A DNA stretch of 64,000 bases from Tubiluchus corallicola (taxonomy: Eukaryota > Animalia > Priapulida). The notes under the pieces are model-generated. The model saw nothing but the letters and a program-made list of their open reading frames with translations, was not told where the DNA came from and made no database searches. The stretch lies in the NCBI GenBank assembly GCA_030141605.1, contig JAQGDQ010000064.1, forward strand, positions 238,116 through 302,115, written 5' to 3'. Shown piece by piece: positions 39,801 to 53,427 of this stretch. Every line of letters starts with the position of its first letter. The first letter of the stretch is position 1. Made by a program: the position numbers and the translations under genes.

Positions 39801-40123
39801 ACTAGTATTCCAAGTATCAACTTCTTAGATTACTCCAGGATCGAGAAAAGCTGGCGACAGACAGACAGACACACAGTCCAATCCAATAATTCTATAATTC
39901 CCTACTTAGTTATAGTGACTCATAACATTATCATTAGATTTGCTATTTGTTTATACTTGTCAACTGTCATAAGTATCTTTAAATACCCTCTAGTAAATTG
40001 AGTTAACATGACAATTAAACATAATAAATAGTGGTTATTTACAAAAAAACTGTGGTATTTACAAATCATCGTATAAATGCAAAATAAAATGCATAGTTAC
40101 AATTCCTCCAAACAGAGACAGAT

Positions 40124-40242
40124 TCAGTGTATGCTTTTAAGAGATGCATGTAGGGGTTTCACATTAGCTTTTCTAGACAGACCTAACCTCAACACTCCTG
40201 ATGATTTCCCAGAATTACTTTGTTTTTCTGTATCCTTGGATC
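40124..40242 (-). CDS. RAD51AP1: RAD51AP1 last coding exon (RAD51-interacting motif)
   Basis: GSKDTEKQSNSGKSSGVLRLGLSRKANVKPLHASLKSIH*, compared with human LRLGLSRLARVKPLH. Confidence 0.92.
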
Positions 40243-43200
40243 CTACAATAAAAAACAAAATAAATTTTGAGTTTCTGTTTTTAAATGTATAATGTCAGTA
40301 AATAAAACTTTCAAGCATTATGTTGAGAGGCCAAAACTCAGCATGTTGATACATTACGAAGAAATGTTAAATATTGAAAAGTCAAACCGCACTCCATAAA
40401 TACACAAACAAATAGGTAATTAAATTAATAAATAAATAAAAGTGCCTAGATAAGAAATAAATAAAACTTAACTACGATATTACCTTACTTTTTGTAAATT
40501 TACATATTATTAATAGCAGGTACAACAAAAAAATAAAATAAAACAAATACCACTTTTAACTATAGCCTTCTAGTCTGCCACAGAACATAACAAAAAAACA
40601 TAAATTCCAAATGAAACAGCAGGTTATTGAGGAAGATGTGAAGTGAAGTTAGTTCAATTTTCATATGATACATACCAGATGACAACCAAGAAGGCTTTCG
40701 GATGAACAATGTGCCTCCGCTCGATGGAGAGCGTGAACTTACTGTTATATCAGGCACTAAAGGCTTCATGATTTGTGATTTAGATTTTCCTGGCAACTTG
40801 TTGTCAGATTTACTCAATGCTGGAGGGATAACTGGAATTTCGAGAAAATTGTTAATATCAGTAAACAATGTAAAACTATTGTAGGGAATTTTGCCGAGTA
40901 TCTTGTTGATCACATGACCACAATCACTCACCTATGTATATCTGTCTTTGCCTGGGTAAGACGTTCGGTTGGTAGATGTTAAAAGGCTTTTTTACTTTAA
41001 TAATGATAATAAGTAGTTTTTACAGTGTGACAATGCTACATTTCGTTAGATACATTGACAGCTAGTACATTTGTAAGTAAGCTAGAGACATACAATGTAA
41101 GTAAGTGTATATCATTTTTCATTAATTTGGATCATTATAAACTGATAAATTCCCGCATTTCAGTTTAGTTATGTCAATCTCATTAATTTGATAGACTGTC
41201 ATATAAATTAGTAAATTGCCGAACTAGATTTATTTGTAACTAGATCTTGTGTTCAGTAAAGTTCAGAACTGCAAAATTAACAATGTCAAAATACGAATTA
41301 TTACAGATATGCAGAAGTTTATTAGATTGATTGAGGGCAGTTAATTTGATATTTTAACTTCATATAAAGTGGATTCATTTCTCAAAGGAATGTAATTATA
41401 GTAATTACAGCTTTTAGTTAAATACAAAATTGCAAAATAGCTTTTCCATTTTTAATAGAAATGACGTATAAAACAGCACAAAAGTTAAGTTGGAACACTG
41501 CAGTCACAGATTGGAGCACAACTATTATATCAAATGAACACACACAAGAACGACGGTTTCAGTTACCTGTACCAATGTGGACAAATTACAAAGTAAATTC
41601 TACAAACTAAATTAAAAATTAATTGTTTTGTAATAATTGTTGTGTATACATGTACCTGTGGCAGTGGATCTTGGTCTAGGTTTAGGCGAAGAAATAACTC
41701 TTTTCACTGCTGTTCGACATTTATTTCTTTCCTTCTGCTCACTAAACTCCTCATCAACATCTTCTTCGTCAAATGTCAGATTAACATCATCTTCTTCTAC
41801 AAATAAAAAGCCAACAGTATTCTAAATAAAAGCGTACAAAACTTTACATTAAGACTTAGGATCTAACTTTTCGGTGAACACATGACTGGAAACACACAAA
41901 GCTAAAAATACTGTAGAAAAATAAATAATAAACATAAAGTAATGTAATATGTAAAGTAACGAAAGTAATGAACACATATACAGTGAATATAAATTAAATT
42001 TAAATATTTAACAGCTGTTATGTAATCACTAAAAGGCCAAATTGCTGTTCAGAAAGCTATGAAAAATTAGCCATGGCAGCATATAGGTACATATGAAATG
42101 CAGATAAGTTTTATGTAGGCATGTGATTTAAATAATAAACTATTATTATTACTATTATTATTAAGAAGAACACTATAAAGTTTTTAAACTTCAATGACAG
42201 TTCATCAGATCAAGACGTTATGCTAATGTGCATGAGCAGTGATGGCACCAAACCAGCAAAATGTTGCATAAGCATTAATCCTTTGTTTGTTTAGCATTAT
42301 TCTAGTGCTTAAATTAACATATATATACAGAAATCAAAAGTGGATATGTTCAAAAGTAAAACTCAACTACCACTTATTCTCACAATGCCGGCATTTCATG
42401 CGGTATAGCAATCGTGCATGTGAGGTTAGCTAAAACCAACTCGTAACAAGGACATGAAAATTTAAATATTATGCTGCAAGCAAATAAACGCAGGCTGTAA
42501 GTTCTGCGATGGCACAAAATGTATGTTATGCTTTGCACAATTGCAGTTCACGGAATGAATTTTCAGTAACAGTAAGCAGTTTTAATAATTTTGTAATTGG
42601 ATACTTGATATTGGATTGGATTATGGCAACATATATAAAACATACACTTTCTCTTACATTTATACAAAGGACTGTCTTACATAAACTAAACCTTGCAATA
42701 CAAAATACTGCTTCTTTCCTAACCTAACTTATAGTCAGCTTCTACATCGAAATCATCATCTTCATCCAATCTTTTTAATTTTTTTCTTGTTTGTTGACTT
42801 TTATAACTTGTGAAATCCGTGGCATAATCATCGTCATCTTCTCCAATAGCGTACAGTCTCTGCTTTGCCACTGCTTCAGCTATAACAAAATCAACATAAA
42901 ATAATTATTGACCAGACTAAGCAGCATAGAACAAAGAATGCAGCATGGACGACAAAGAATAATATCCTTTAAAGGTATGCTGCAACAACCAATAAAATAC
43001 AAATTTAATAGCAAAATGATATCAGTTCCATTTTATTACTCAACAAGATTTGGCATTTCATAATTTATACTTAATAGAAACTTATCGTACTCAGCAAGTA
43101 AAACCAGGACATATTAACTTGTGTATAGATTTTATTGAACTACAAAATCAATACAATATTGCACATAAACTCACAACAACAACCCACACCACAATACACA

Positions 43201-46200
43201 ACCATCCACCACCCCACTTGTAATACACCACCCACACCATACCATACCTCCCATATCGTTCCGCAACACAATACCACATGTAAAATCTATAACACTGTAG
43301 AAGGGCGGGTGATAACAATGCCTGGAACAGCAGCAAAATTTCTCAAACTCATGGACAATGGATGTTTCAAATACAGTGCAGCTTAGGGGGCTTGAAAAAG
43401 AACTTTGAGTACACCCTTCCCGTTTCGTCTAGTGGACCTCTCTCCCAACAAAACCTTCAACATTTTATGGACCGTTTCGACCTCTTTCTGCTGGTGTGCT
43501 TATTTTTTCCCAACATGTCCAAACAGTTGCACAACTTGAATTTTTTTGGAGGCCATTTGAGCAGTTTTCTGCCAAATTTGTGTGGTTGGGTCTGTTAAAA
43601 TGCCTGTAGCAGGTATTAGTGGCCCTCCCGCTAAATCTAAATACGAGTATTACACCCACCATCAAATGGGTTATCTAACCATTACTGGCACCGCCTCCAG
43701 CAGGTTCCCGTTCTCTAGAAATAAGAGGCATAAGTTTTGCAAAAAACGGGTAAAAAATGGCCATTATAGAGGTTTTTTGTCTCCCATTCTTCCAATTAAA
43801 AATATGCGAACATCCTACATAGCCCTCATTCATAAAGCAAAGTCAGCAGCAGCTTTTGCTAAAGTTATAAAGGTACAATGGAATGACGTCAAAACAATGC
43901 AAAACGTCAACAGTTTTCCAAGTGAGAATTGCCGAAAATGGAATCTCCAATCAACTCGTTGCAGCTCCTTTTGGTAGAGGCATTCCAAAATGTACCCATA
44001 TCACCTTGTAGCCCAGTTCCTCCTCTTTCTAAAGAGCTAAGTATCTCTTTCTAAGACTCCCACCACGTGCCACTAGAATGATTTTTCTACAGGATGTTTG
44101 GCCAAAAAAAATTGGGAGTTGGGTCCGGGAAAATGCCCGTAGCGGGTATTAGTGGCTCTGCTGCTAAATCTAAATATGACTATTACACCCACCATCGAAT
44201 GGGCTATCTAACCATTATTGGCACAGCCCCCGACAAGTTCCCGTTCTCTAGGAATAAGAGGTATAAGTTTTGCAAAAACGGGCAAAAAACGGCAATTTTT
44301 GGAGGTCTTTTGCTCCCATTCCTCCCGGTGGGCCCGATTCGAAAAATAAAACCTCAAAGACAAATCTGTGGGTCTGGACCTTTCATTTGACATATAGAAC
44401 GTCGAGAATGGTGCCGTCATCGGAGCTGTAGCCTCGTCGGTTATATATATATCACCACATCACACTACCACCCACCACTCCACTCATAACACATTAGCCA
44501 CACCAACTCTCCACACCACTCACAACACACCACACATCCCATACCGCAACACAACACCACACCATACCACCCAAACCATACCACAATACCACACCACCCA
44601 CACCCTATCACCCCCAAACATTATCCACACCACATCATCCAGACCACACCCACCACACCACCATTCTACCAACACCACACACACCCTACCACCCCACCAC
44701 ACCATCCACAGCACAACACCCACTGCACATCATCCACAGCATGATGATGGCGATGATGATGATGATGATAACAACAACGATGACAACGACACTTACAACA
44801 CCAACACTAACAGCATCATAGTAAAACCACCCATGCAAAACAATTTTGTACAAAGTTGAAACAGTGTGCTATAACAAATGCTCTTAGACCCATCCACCAA
44901 TGATCAATACTGAATGGACATTCTACATAGTTTTGCTTACTGCTTCCCAGATGATAATAGGCTCACAGATATAAATTGCACATACAATCTATAACACAGT
45001 AGAACGGCAGGTGAAAGCCATGCCTGGAACAGTCGCGAAATTCCTCAAAGTCAAAGACAATGGATGTCTACCCCTTCCCTTTCGTCCAGTGAAACTACCT
45101 CTCCTAGTGAAACTACCATACCAACACTTCGTAAACCGTTTCCTCCTCTTTCTGTGAGTGTGTTTATTTTTTCTTAACATGCTCAAATAGCTGCATAAAT
45201 CAAGCTCTTCTGGAGGTTGTTCATGCAGTTTTTAAAAAAAATTTTGCATATGGGTCCCGGAAAATACCCATAGCGGGTATTAGTAGCCCTTCTACGAAAT
45301 CTAAATATGACTATAACACCCACCGTCGAACGGGCCATTCAACCATTACCGGCACCACCCCTGACGCGTTCCTGTTCTCTAGAAATAAGAGGTATAAGTT
45401 CTGCAATTTTTTGAGAAAAACGATATATATATATATATGTATATATATACCACCGAAATTAATATATGCGATAATTTATTTACTGTTACTGAATAAGTTA
45501 CTTAGCAACCAACCAGCAGCTCTTCTTCGTTTACGAGGCGATATATAATCAGACTCAGCATCAGTATTGTCGTTTTTAACTTTATCAATTTCTAGCACCT
45601 TGTCATAACTTTCTTCTATTGCATTCTGTTCAGATGAAACTGATTCAGCATTTGACGTATCATCTACAAAATAAAAGTTCTTCATAAACATTTTGTTATC
45701 ATTACACATTGTAATAAACTGAAATTTCGTTAATTTTTGTTAATTTTTTACCAGTGGCAGCTTCTGACGTCTGTCGACTACTTTCTTCTTGCATAGAAAG
45801 CTCTAATGCCTTTGCTAAATCTGAATCTATCTTTTCAGCAGCACCACCATGGTGACTAAAACAAGAACAGACTAAATTGAACAAACTTTTAGCAGTGCGT
45901 TCAAATTTACCATATAATATGTGTTATTGATTGGTTATTTAAATTCATCTTGAAAATCAAATTTATAAATTTCTTTGCAGTACATATTGAAATGTAAATG
46001 AAGAAAGTTATATTAAACATACAGAGGTTAACATTATTTGTTGTAACACAAATAATTACGAGGAAAGGTTACAATTACGGGCATGTGTTTGATTGAAAAG
46101 CTAAGCTGATTGGGCCTGACTAGTAAATGGATGGATGACCCACATCTATTTCTTGATAAAACTATTTTAGGTAGCTCATTTTCCATCAGCTATTTCTTTT

Positions 46201-49200
46201 GGGGAAGAAGGATTTGTAATGTGTATCCTCTGATGGTTCAATACCTAATTTCAGAAGACTGACACTTACAATTCGCATAGTTTCAATCCCAGCCATCTGC
46301 ATTAGCTAGACCATGGCTGCCATTAAATGCTGGATCCCGTTTGCAGTGAGAAAGTACATATTGCAATTTCACCCACTTTGGTAAGCAATGATGGATTTTG
46401 TATGCACACAATTAGATAGTACTGTGGTCACTATTCACTTAACTTACGATTTCTTTTTACTGCAATTATATCTGTCTTGGTTTTTTCTTTTCTGCTTTGT
46501 TTGCTTTTGTTTTACATTTGTGACTTTCCTAGTTGGTGGTGTTGAATCAGCAAAATCATCTGCATAACAAAATTATATACTTACAGTTACAAATTTTTTC
46601 CATAAAATTTTTACAAGAAACAATTTACCAGTCATCTAAATGAATATACATTTCAATTAGGGATGTCACGAATCTGAAATTACCAAATCCGAATCTACAT
46701 CGAATCTCATTTTCATAATCATTTTTGAATCCGAATCTCAGTTTAAAATAATTTTTGAATCCGGATTGAAACCGAATCTCTGACAAAATAATTTTCGAAA
46801 CCGAATCGATTTAGAGTCTCAATTTTTCATATAGTTCTTTCAACTGAATCTACACAGTTTTCAACCAAATTATGGCAGATTGTAAGAGTGCAGTGCTTTT
46901 CATGAAGATTACAGATGACCTGTGAGAGCAGCACATTTGACAGTAATTCTGCAATAATAAAGACTATAGATGATCTAATTATTTTGTAAGCAGATTTTTC
47001 CTGCCGATGACTAGGAATATAAAATGAACTGTTAGTCAAAAAATGCCTTTACCTACACTTCATGAATCTGCGTAATATGGATGACAAAAACCACGTTCAT
47101 CTAAGCCACATCATATGATGTTAGGGAAACCACGTTCTGTCAACATAATACGAGAACTCTTGGCATTTTTGATGAAACTAGCAGTTAAAATCGTAATGCG
47201 ATGAGTGCTTTAGCATAGGATTCCATGAGATGGACATATGCAGAAACTCAATTGCTAAAGTAGTCATCACATTACGATTTTAACTGCTAGTTTCAACAAA
47301 AATGCCAAGATTTCTCGTATTATTTCAAGTAGGGCAAAATTATCAAAAAAAGCAGCGATGTCAGGATTTTGCCAAAAAATTTAAAGGTAAATGAGCGTAT
47401 AATGGTTTTATGATAAAGCACTACCAAATCGCCTCTTTAACAAAACTAAACCTTTTTTCAAAAAAAGTCTCTGTCAAATCGGGTCGGATCTAAAGTAACT
47501 TAGAACTTCAGCAAATCAAATCGGATCAAAGCACCGATTATGATTCGGTTTTGAAGCTCTGGTTCGGTCTGAGCTTCGTAACATCCTTAATTTCAACGTA
47601 GGAAAAAAATATGAAATGTTATGAAGATTATAAGAAACTTTTGTGAACATTAATTATGTACAGATACTAATATCCAAAAATTTAGCAGAAACAGACAGCA
47701 AGAGGTGAAGATAATTTTGAATCTGATAAAACTAGAAATTTAGAACAAATACTTAATTAGATAACATCTTAATGTACAGTGACTTCAAGTAGAATTCAAT
47801 TAAACCAATAAAACAACAAAATAACACTTAATCAAATTAGTATTTAAATAAAAAACTTAATACATACCATCCATATCTTCATTACCAGTCGTACTGAAGG
47901 TTGCATAATTAATCAGTTTCTTACTTCTGCAACAAAAATATAATCTCTTCCAGCATCCAAAGTTGAACAACAACAATAGGCCCTTACTATTTCAATAGTA
48001 TCTTATTATATCAAGTAAACCACAAAAAAATGACACAAAACGTATTAATATAAATTTTGCTTCTTAGCTTTCTATATAAAATTACTCATTTAATTTCAAA
48101 AATTGTTATGACCTGACACAGAAAGGAGCACGTTCATCAGTAGGCCTACCCATACAACTGGAATTTCCTTTGATGCCACCAATAGTGAATAACTTTTGTA
48201 AATGTTATAAGTGCATACTCATCTGTTAAAAGAATCAGTTCAAAGTGTTTAATCATGTCTCGGTGTGCCAGGCTTATAATGGTCCACTTGTAGAAACTAA
48301 ATCTGTGTATTTGTGTACAGAGGCTTAGGAAATATTTTCCCCACAGATAGTGAACAACATTTCATACTGTTAAAAAATGTACCTTTGTATATCCATTTAA
48401 GAATAAGAGTATTAATTGGTACCATAGGCATACGGGCTCCCTGAATTTTGGCCGAATTCTTAGAATTTCACCCGATTTTTTAGGCCCCCATTTCAACAAG
48501 TACAACCTTACTAAGTTCCAGATAGCGAATACAAAAAGGCATCATTTCTGATGACATAAGACTGAACTCATGAAGCTGATCAACATTATTTATTAGCCGT
48601 ATTGAAATGTGATGCACAACACATATTATGACCAATATGGCCAGATATCTTGATAAGCTGTGTTTGTTTGATTATGCACAAGCACCTGGATCTTTAGGTT
48701 TCAAAGATTGTCATTGATTATGGTATAAATAGTATCCTAAGAACCAGAAGTGCGGCGATAACTTCCAGAACAGAACAGTTTACTTCCAGTGAACATTGAA
48801 TGACTGAGATGACAGAGCAATGAACCAGTAAAGAGGAATTATCCATATTTCATGACTGATATAACGAATCGGTTACATAATCTGTCAAATCAGCAATCAC
48901 CACGCAAGATGCAAGAATTAAGAATGCAGCTATGCACAGGCACTTGCCACTTTCTCATGTCAGTCAAATTAGCTCAGAAAAAGAATTTATCACGTTTGTT
49001 ACGGCGGCCGAATATATCAATTATTTGCTCCATCTTATTGGCCATTACGCAGTTGGTCACCTGACGCTCAATGTTCAAAACGGCTAAGTTAGAGAAACGT
49101 GCCTGCCGCATTGTATTTCTCAAGTATGTTTTCAAACGGCGAAGGGTACTGAAGGAGCGTTCGGCGGAACAAGACGTTGCCGAAATAAATGCTAAATTAT

Positions 49201-50102
49201 GATAACCTTCGAAAAAGTTGGAATTATAGACATGATGGAGTGTTCTTACATGTAATCAAATATCTCAGTTGCAGTTTTGAAATCAGTGTGTTCGTTTTTG
49301 AGATAATTAAGAAAAATTGATTTTTCCGACAATACATTACAATACAGGCACACAATACAGGCAGTGAGTCCAGATCCTACATAACTAAAGGACCAGAAAT
49401 CGGAAAGCACAAAATCGGGATTTTGTAAATAATATGAAATAATGGGGAATTTGTATTTGATAATCGCTGGCAAACAATCAATGCGTGCGCACTGAAGACA
49501 GGAAGCGATAAGAGTTTTATAAACAATCTGAGACCTGCAGAGAACCCAGCGACTAGTATATTTTCAATTTTGCGAATGCTAATTGTTTCCAGACTACTCT
49601 CACTGCCGGTCCGGGACCGGGAGTCGGTGCAGACGACTCCTCCTGCGAGATCAAGATTCGGGCATCTAGGTGCACGGCATAATTACTACTCTCTCAAGAT
49701 TCGGGCCATATTTGAATTCCAGGAAAAAATAAGACGAATAAAATCTGAAAAAAAATCAATTTCGAAGTTGAAAAAACTATTTTCTGAAAATATAAAGAGC
49801 AGTTCTGCCCGAATCTGACAGTCAATTTTTGCCTGAATTTTTTTGAAACCCGAAAATTGGGGGGGGGGGGCAGTCTGCCAATGATTGGTACTATGTGAAT
49901 TACAATGTGCATTTTTATATAATTACTGCATTTACAATTATTAGTTAGTTTATTCTCAAAAACTGCTTAAATGCATGCCACAGAGATCTATATATACGTA
50001 GTAACTAATGAACTTTGTATTGCCGATTTTGGAAATAAAATGATTGATAGATACTGAAAATTGAAAATACCTAGAAGATCGTTTCTCATCCATCTCACCC
50101 AT
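40124..50102 (-). CDS. RAD51AP1: RAD51-associated protein 1 / NUCKS1-family gene, 9 coding exons, ~342 aa
   Basis: GT-AG exons with matching phases: 50071-50102, 47868-47926, 46448-46559, 45752-45855, 45514-45663, 42724-42879, 41656-41796, 40676-40831, 40124-40242 (1029 nt). Motifs are collinear with human RAD51AP1: RSKKLINYATF...DDFADSTPPTRK, DSDLAKALELSMQE, RKRRRAAAEAVAKQR, an acidic tract, KPSW, and C-terminal LRLGLSRKANVKPLH. Confidence 0.9.
40676..40831 (-). CDS. RAD51AP1: RAD51AP1 exon 8
   Basis: ttccAG|TTATCC...TCTG|GTATGT, 156 nt, VIPPALSK...RKPSWLSS. Confidence 0.85.
41656..41796 (-). CDS. RAD51AP1: RAD51AP1 exon 7
   Basis: tttgtAG|AAGAAG...ACAG|GTACAT, 141 nt, EEDDVNLTFDEEDVDEEFSEQKERNK... 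Confidence 0.85.
42724..42879 (-). CDS. RAD51AP1: RAD51AP1 exon 6
   Basis: ttatAG|CTGAAG...TTAG|GTTAGG, 156 nt, AEAVAKQRLYAIGEDDDD... Confidence 0.85.
43286..45421 (+). mobile_element. Three diverged copies of a repeat (possibly Helitron-like) with CAC-rich spacers in RAD51AP1 intron 5
   Basis: Copies at ~43286-43800, ~44040-44441 and 44988-45421 share TAGCRGGTATTAGTRGC...AAATCTAAATAYGASTAT...TTCTCTAGRAATAAGAGG. Two begin TCTATAAC. A partial match lies near 60340. Confidence 0.7.
45514..45663 (-). CDS. RAD51AP1: RAD51AP1 exon 5
   Basis: ttgtAG|ATGATA...GCTG|GTTGGT, 150 nt, ends SPRKRRRAA. Confidence 0.85.
45752..45855 (-). CDS. RAD51AP1: RAD51AP1 exon 4 (UIM-like DLAKALELSMQE)
   Basis: ttttAG|TCACCA...ACTG|GTAAAA, 104 nt. 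Confidence 0.88.
46448..46559 (-). CDS. RAD51AP1: RAD51AP1 exon 3
   Basis: atgcAG|ATGATT...AATC|GTAAGT, 112 nt, DDFADSTPPTRK... Confidence 0.88.
46658..47589. mobile_element. Non-autonomous hAT-type DNA transposon
   Basis: TIRs TAGGGATGTCACGAA / TTCGTAACATCCTTA, subterminal CCGAATC repeats, and an 8-bp TSD ATTTCAAT (46650-46657) / ATTTCAAC (47590-47597). Confidence 0.8.
47145..47323. repeat. Hairpin (~70-bp arms) nested in the hAT element
   Basis: ataatacgagaactcttggcatttttgatgaaactagcagttaaaatcgtaatg pairs with cattacgattttaactgctagtttcaacaaaaatgccaagatttctcgtattat. Confidence 0.85.
47868..47926 (-). CDS. RAD51AP1: RAD51AP1 exon 2
   Basis: ttgcAG|AAGTAA...GATG|GTATGT, 59 nt, SKKLINYATFSTTGNEDMD (human HKKPVNYSQF). 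Confidence 0.85.
50071..50102 (-). CDS. RAD51AP1: RAD51AP1 probable first coding exon
   Basis: MGEMDEKRSS+AG|GTATTT is phase 2 and fits exon 2. An acceptor at 50131-50132 suggests upstream non-coding exons. Confidence 0.6.
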
Positions 50103-52949
50103 GTTTACTCAAACTAACGCCCCATTGCTACTGAAATATAATAATTTAGTAATTTTAATTTATCATAATCATCTGCGATTCAGCCTGTGTAAAACTCATG
50201 TGAAGAACTACCTGGTACATTACATTTTGTCTGAGTGCTCTAGTGCCCCTACCCATGAGCACTCACAGGTGTTCTAGCAAGAAGTAGTATAAAAAAGTTA
50301 ATATAAAAAAGCAAAAGTATAATGATGATCTGCCATAATGCATGTATGTTTGGCATGTATGCATCGAGTTTGGCAATATTGGCCAGCTTGCCTTGAGCTT
50401 TAACATTGGGATAGCTCGGATAGCTCTGTGTTCGCATTCTCGCTTCCTGTGAATGAAGCCTGTGGCTTCAATATGCTCGATCAGACCAAGATGCGAAAAT
50501 GCAGAGACTAAAAAGTGTCACAGCTTCGATCAAACATGTGGCCATGTCAGTAGAAGTAGCAAGCAGGAAATAATAAATAAGGCCAAGTGCTCTGTAAGTA
50601 TTTGTACAATTATGACAAAAATGCTTATTTATCATCATCATCATTATTATTATTATTGATGGCTTACAGGGTAATATTATAAATTTTTTTCAAAACTTTT
50701 GTCAGCCTCAATGTTAAATCAACTATTAAACTCAATAACTTTACTTTACTATTACTATTACTTTAACTCAATGTTAAAAACCGTTGGACTTACAGGGGGG
50801 ACAGCATTCATCACATCTGCAGTACTGGTGGTTTTTGGCAATTGTGCATGAAACAACCAATAGATTTTACGGTGATTAAAACAATAATGTGAAAATTGTG
50901 CCAAGAAACATCCTGGAAGTCTACAATTAAAGACACTAACCTAAAAAAGTGCTAATGCAATTTGCATAGCATGCAATCTGTGATAAATATGTAACATAAG
51001 AAATTAACGCCAGCAAAAGACTATACCTGTGGTCTTTGACTTACGACCTACATAACTTATGACTGTTCGACTTTACGACCAGGCCACAACTTAATTAATT
51101 AATTATATAAAATCAACTCATATATATAATTCACATTTCTTTCTATTTTTTGAACAAATTAACTTTAAATCACTGTCTGTTTCTTCAAATTAACCATAAG
51201 CACTTCCATACTTAGTGCACGTACATACGTAATGTCTTCTGTGCAGGGATGCACCGAAAGAATATACACCAATTCGTCTTACAACCAATCCACAGGTCCC
51301 AAGTCGATGACTATCTGTACAACTGAATATACTTCAAATTTTTAGAATGACCACAACATTTTACAGCACTGATTTATGCTAAAAACAACACATCAGTTGT
51401 ATTGCAGATTTAAAGTTCTTTCATCCAATCTAAGGCAATCTTTGATTGCAACATCTTACAACATAACTTGGATGAAATTTTAGACTGGTCACACAACAGC
51501 AGTACCAACACAAGATTTTCTTTGCAGTACCGTCATAGCAAAAATAAGTAAGTGCATTTTGTGCATAAATTTGTTAAATATTAATTCTTTACTGTTGTAA
51601 AGAGTTAATATTTTAATAGTTAAATTTAGTTAATAGTTTACTTTAATAGTTGTATGACCACGGTAAATTCAATTCAACAAAGACAGACACAGCATTATTT
51701 TATAATTCATAACCTTAAAGTAAGAATAAAATTTAATAAGTAATGCAAAAACGTTGGCTTGTAAATTGGAGTTAATAATAAAACATCAATGCCGGAGGCA
51801 CGCTCTGCGCACCAAGTCAGTAACCAATATGCAAGTAATCACTGTATCACACATCAACTATTCCTCCTTCGTTTTTTGAAAACACTGAGATAGTACCAGT
51901 TATCAGAATATTGCGCCCTGCAGCTAACGACGTGCCTTCATGTGCTCCTAAAGATAAATTTGGTTGCAGTTCTAAATAACTATAATCATTTATTTTAGCT
52001 ATCAAACTCATGAATCAAAATAATTAACTCATTTCAATATAATAAATCTCACCACTAGCAATATGGGTGATCTGCGTTCTAAGCCATTGGAGCAAAGTTT
52101 GATAGTTGGCGGTTGGCGGGTGCAACGCGCGGGTATAACCCGGCGTGTAGTGCTCCATAATAATATTATTATAATGGGCGTAATCATGATTCATGATGTA
52201 ACATAAAAGCTTTTGCTAAAGAAAGGAAGAGTAAAACACCGATTAATCGTACAGAACAATTTATTTTATCAAAGTATTGCTCAATCAGTTAAGAATCTGT
52301 CATGAGGTCAATACGTTAGTACAGAAGACTTCTGCATCTCGTGCAACCTGCAGCCTTAACTCTTAAGGGATATGATAAGAGCAGATCGAACTGAAAGGCT
52401 TGGAACTGCATTGGATGTCGCCCCGCTGAACACAATGGAGTTATCTTGACTTGAAAAGCAGAGTGGAAGACTGAAAGCTAAGATTATCCAAGAATGTTGT
52501 TCAGTTTTCAAAAGACATATTTGGGGAAGATCTGTAAGGTATGTTGAATCATTGGGATGATCTTTAGTTTACTTTACTGAGTGTGTGTGGTCCTTCTTCC
52601 GCCCCCCCCCAAGGTTTTAGACTGAAGAGACGCGCGAAGCTTGCCATTTTTTAGTATCTCCACACTCAACATCAAGAACGATTTTCAATAAGCCTTTTCA
52701 CATTTACACTGTGCGCACATGCATTTGCTGTAGTCGGGGATTAAGTGTACCACGGCAATTCGTCTTATCTACAACCGCAACGTGACATGTGGGTAAAGCA
52801 AAGCCATCTGCCCCATCAATTCAGCGACTACAGTTTTTTGTGTGGACTTTAAGTAATTATGCATTACTCTGTGCATAGAGTGATTTGCTAGTATGATCTT
52901 GTTTGAAACAATAAACTAGATTACAATAATGTTCTAGCTAGCTTTTTAA

Positions 52950-53070
52950 ACTGTTACTGTTACTGTTACTGTTACCGTTACCGTTACCGTTACCGTTACC
53001 GTTACCGTTACCGTTACCATTACCATTACCATTACCATTACCATTACTATTACTATTACCATTACTATTC
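52950..53070. repeat. (GTTACC/ATTACC)n hexamer microsatellite
   Basis: Directly visible. Confidence 0.95.
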
Positions 53071-53427
53071 GGCTGCGAGGCCTTTTTAAGTGTACACAAA
53101 TGCATTGTCTGGTACACTCATTCTTTGACCTTTTCATGATCATCTTCAATAGCTGGAACTGTGAAAAGGCTTATGGATTACTTTGATGTAAAAAATTGTT
53201 CTGTACTATTCCTCGTTGTTTTTGTACCCCTTATAAATAAAGGTTACACCTTATAGTGCCTATTGAACTACTTAAGGAAAAAGCACTTTCTTAAAAAATA
53301 CTATCTACTTAAAAACACATAGATTTCTTGAGTATATTGTTCACATTCTATGCCACGATAGTAAAATAAATTCTGGTCACTCCAGTATTGCTACTCTGGC
53401 TATTTTGATGGGCAACTTGCACCTGAA

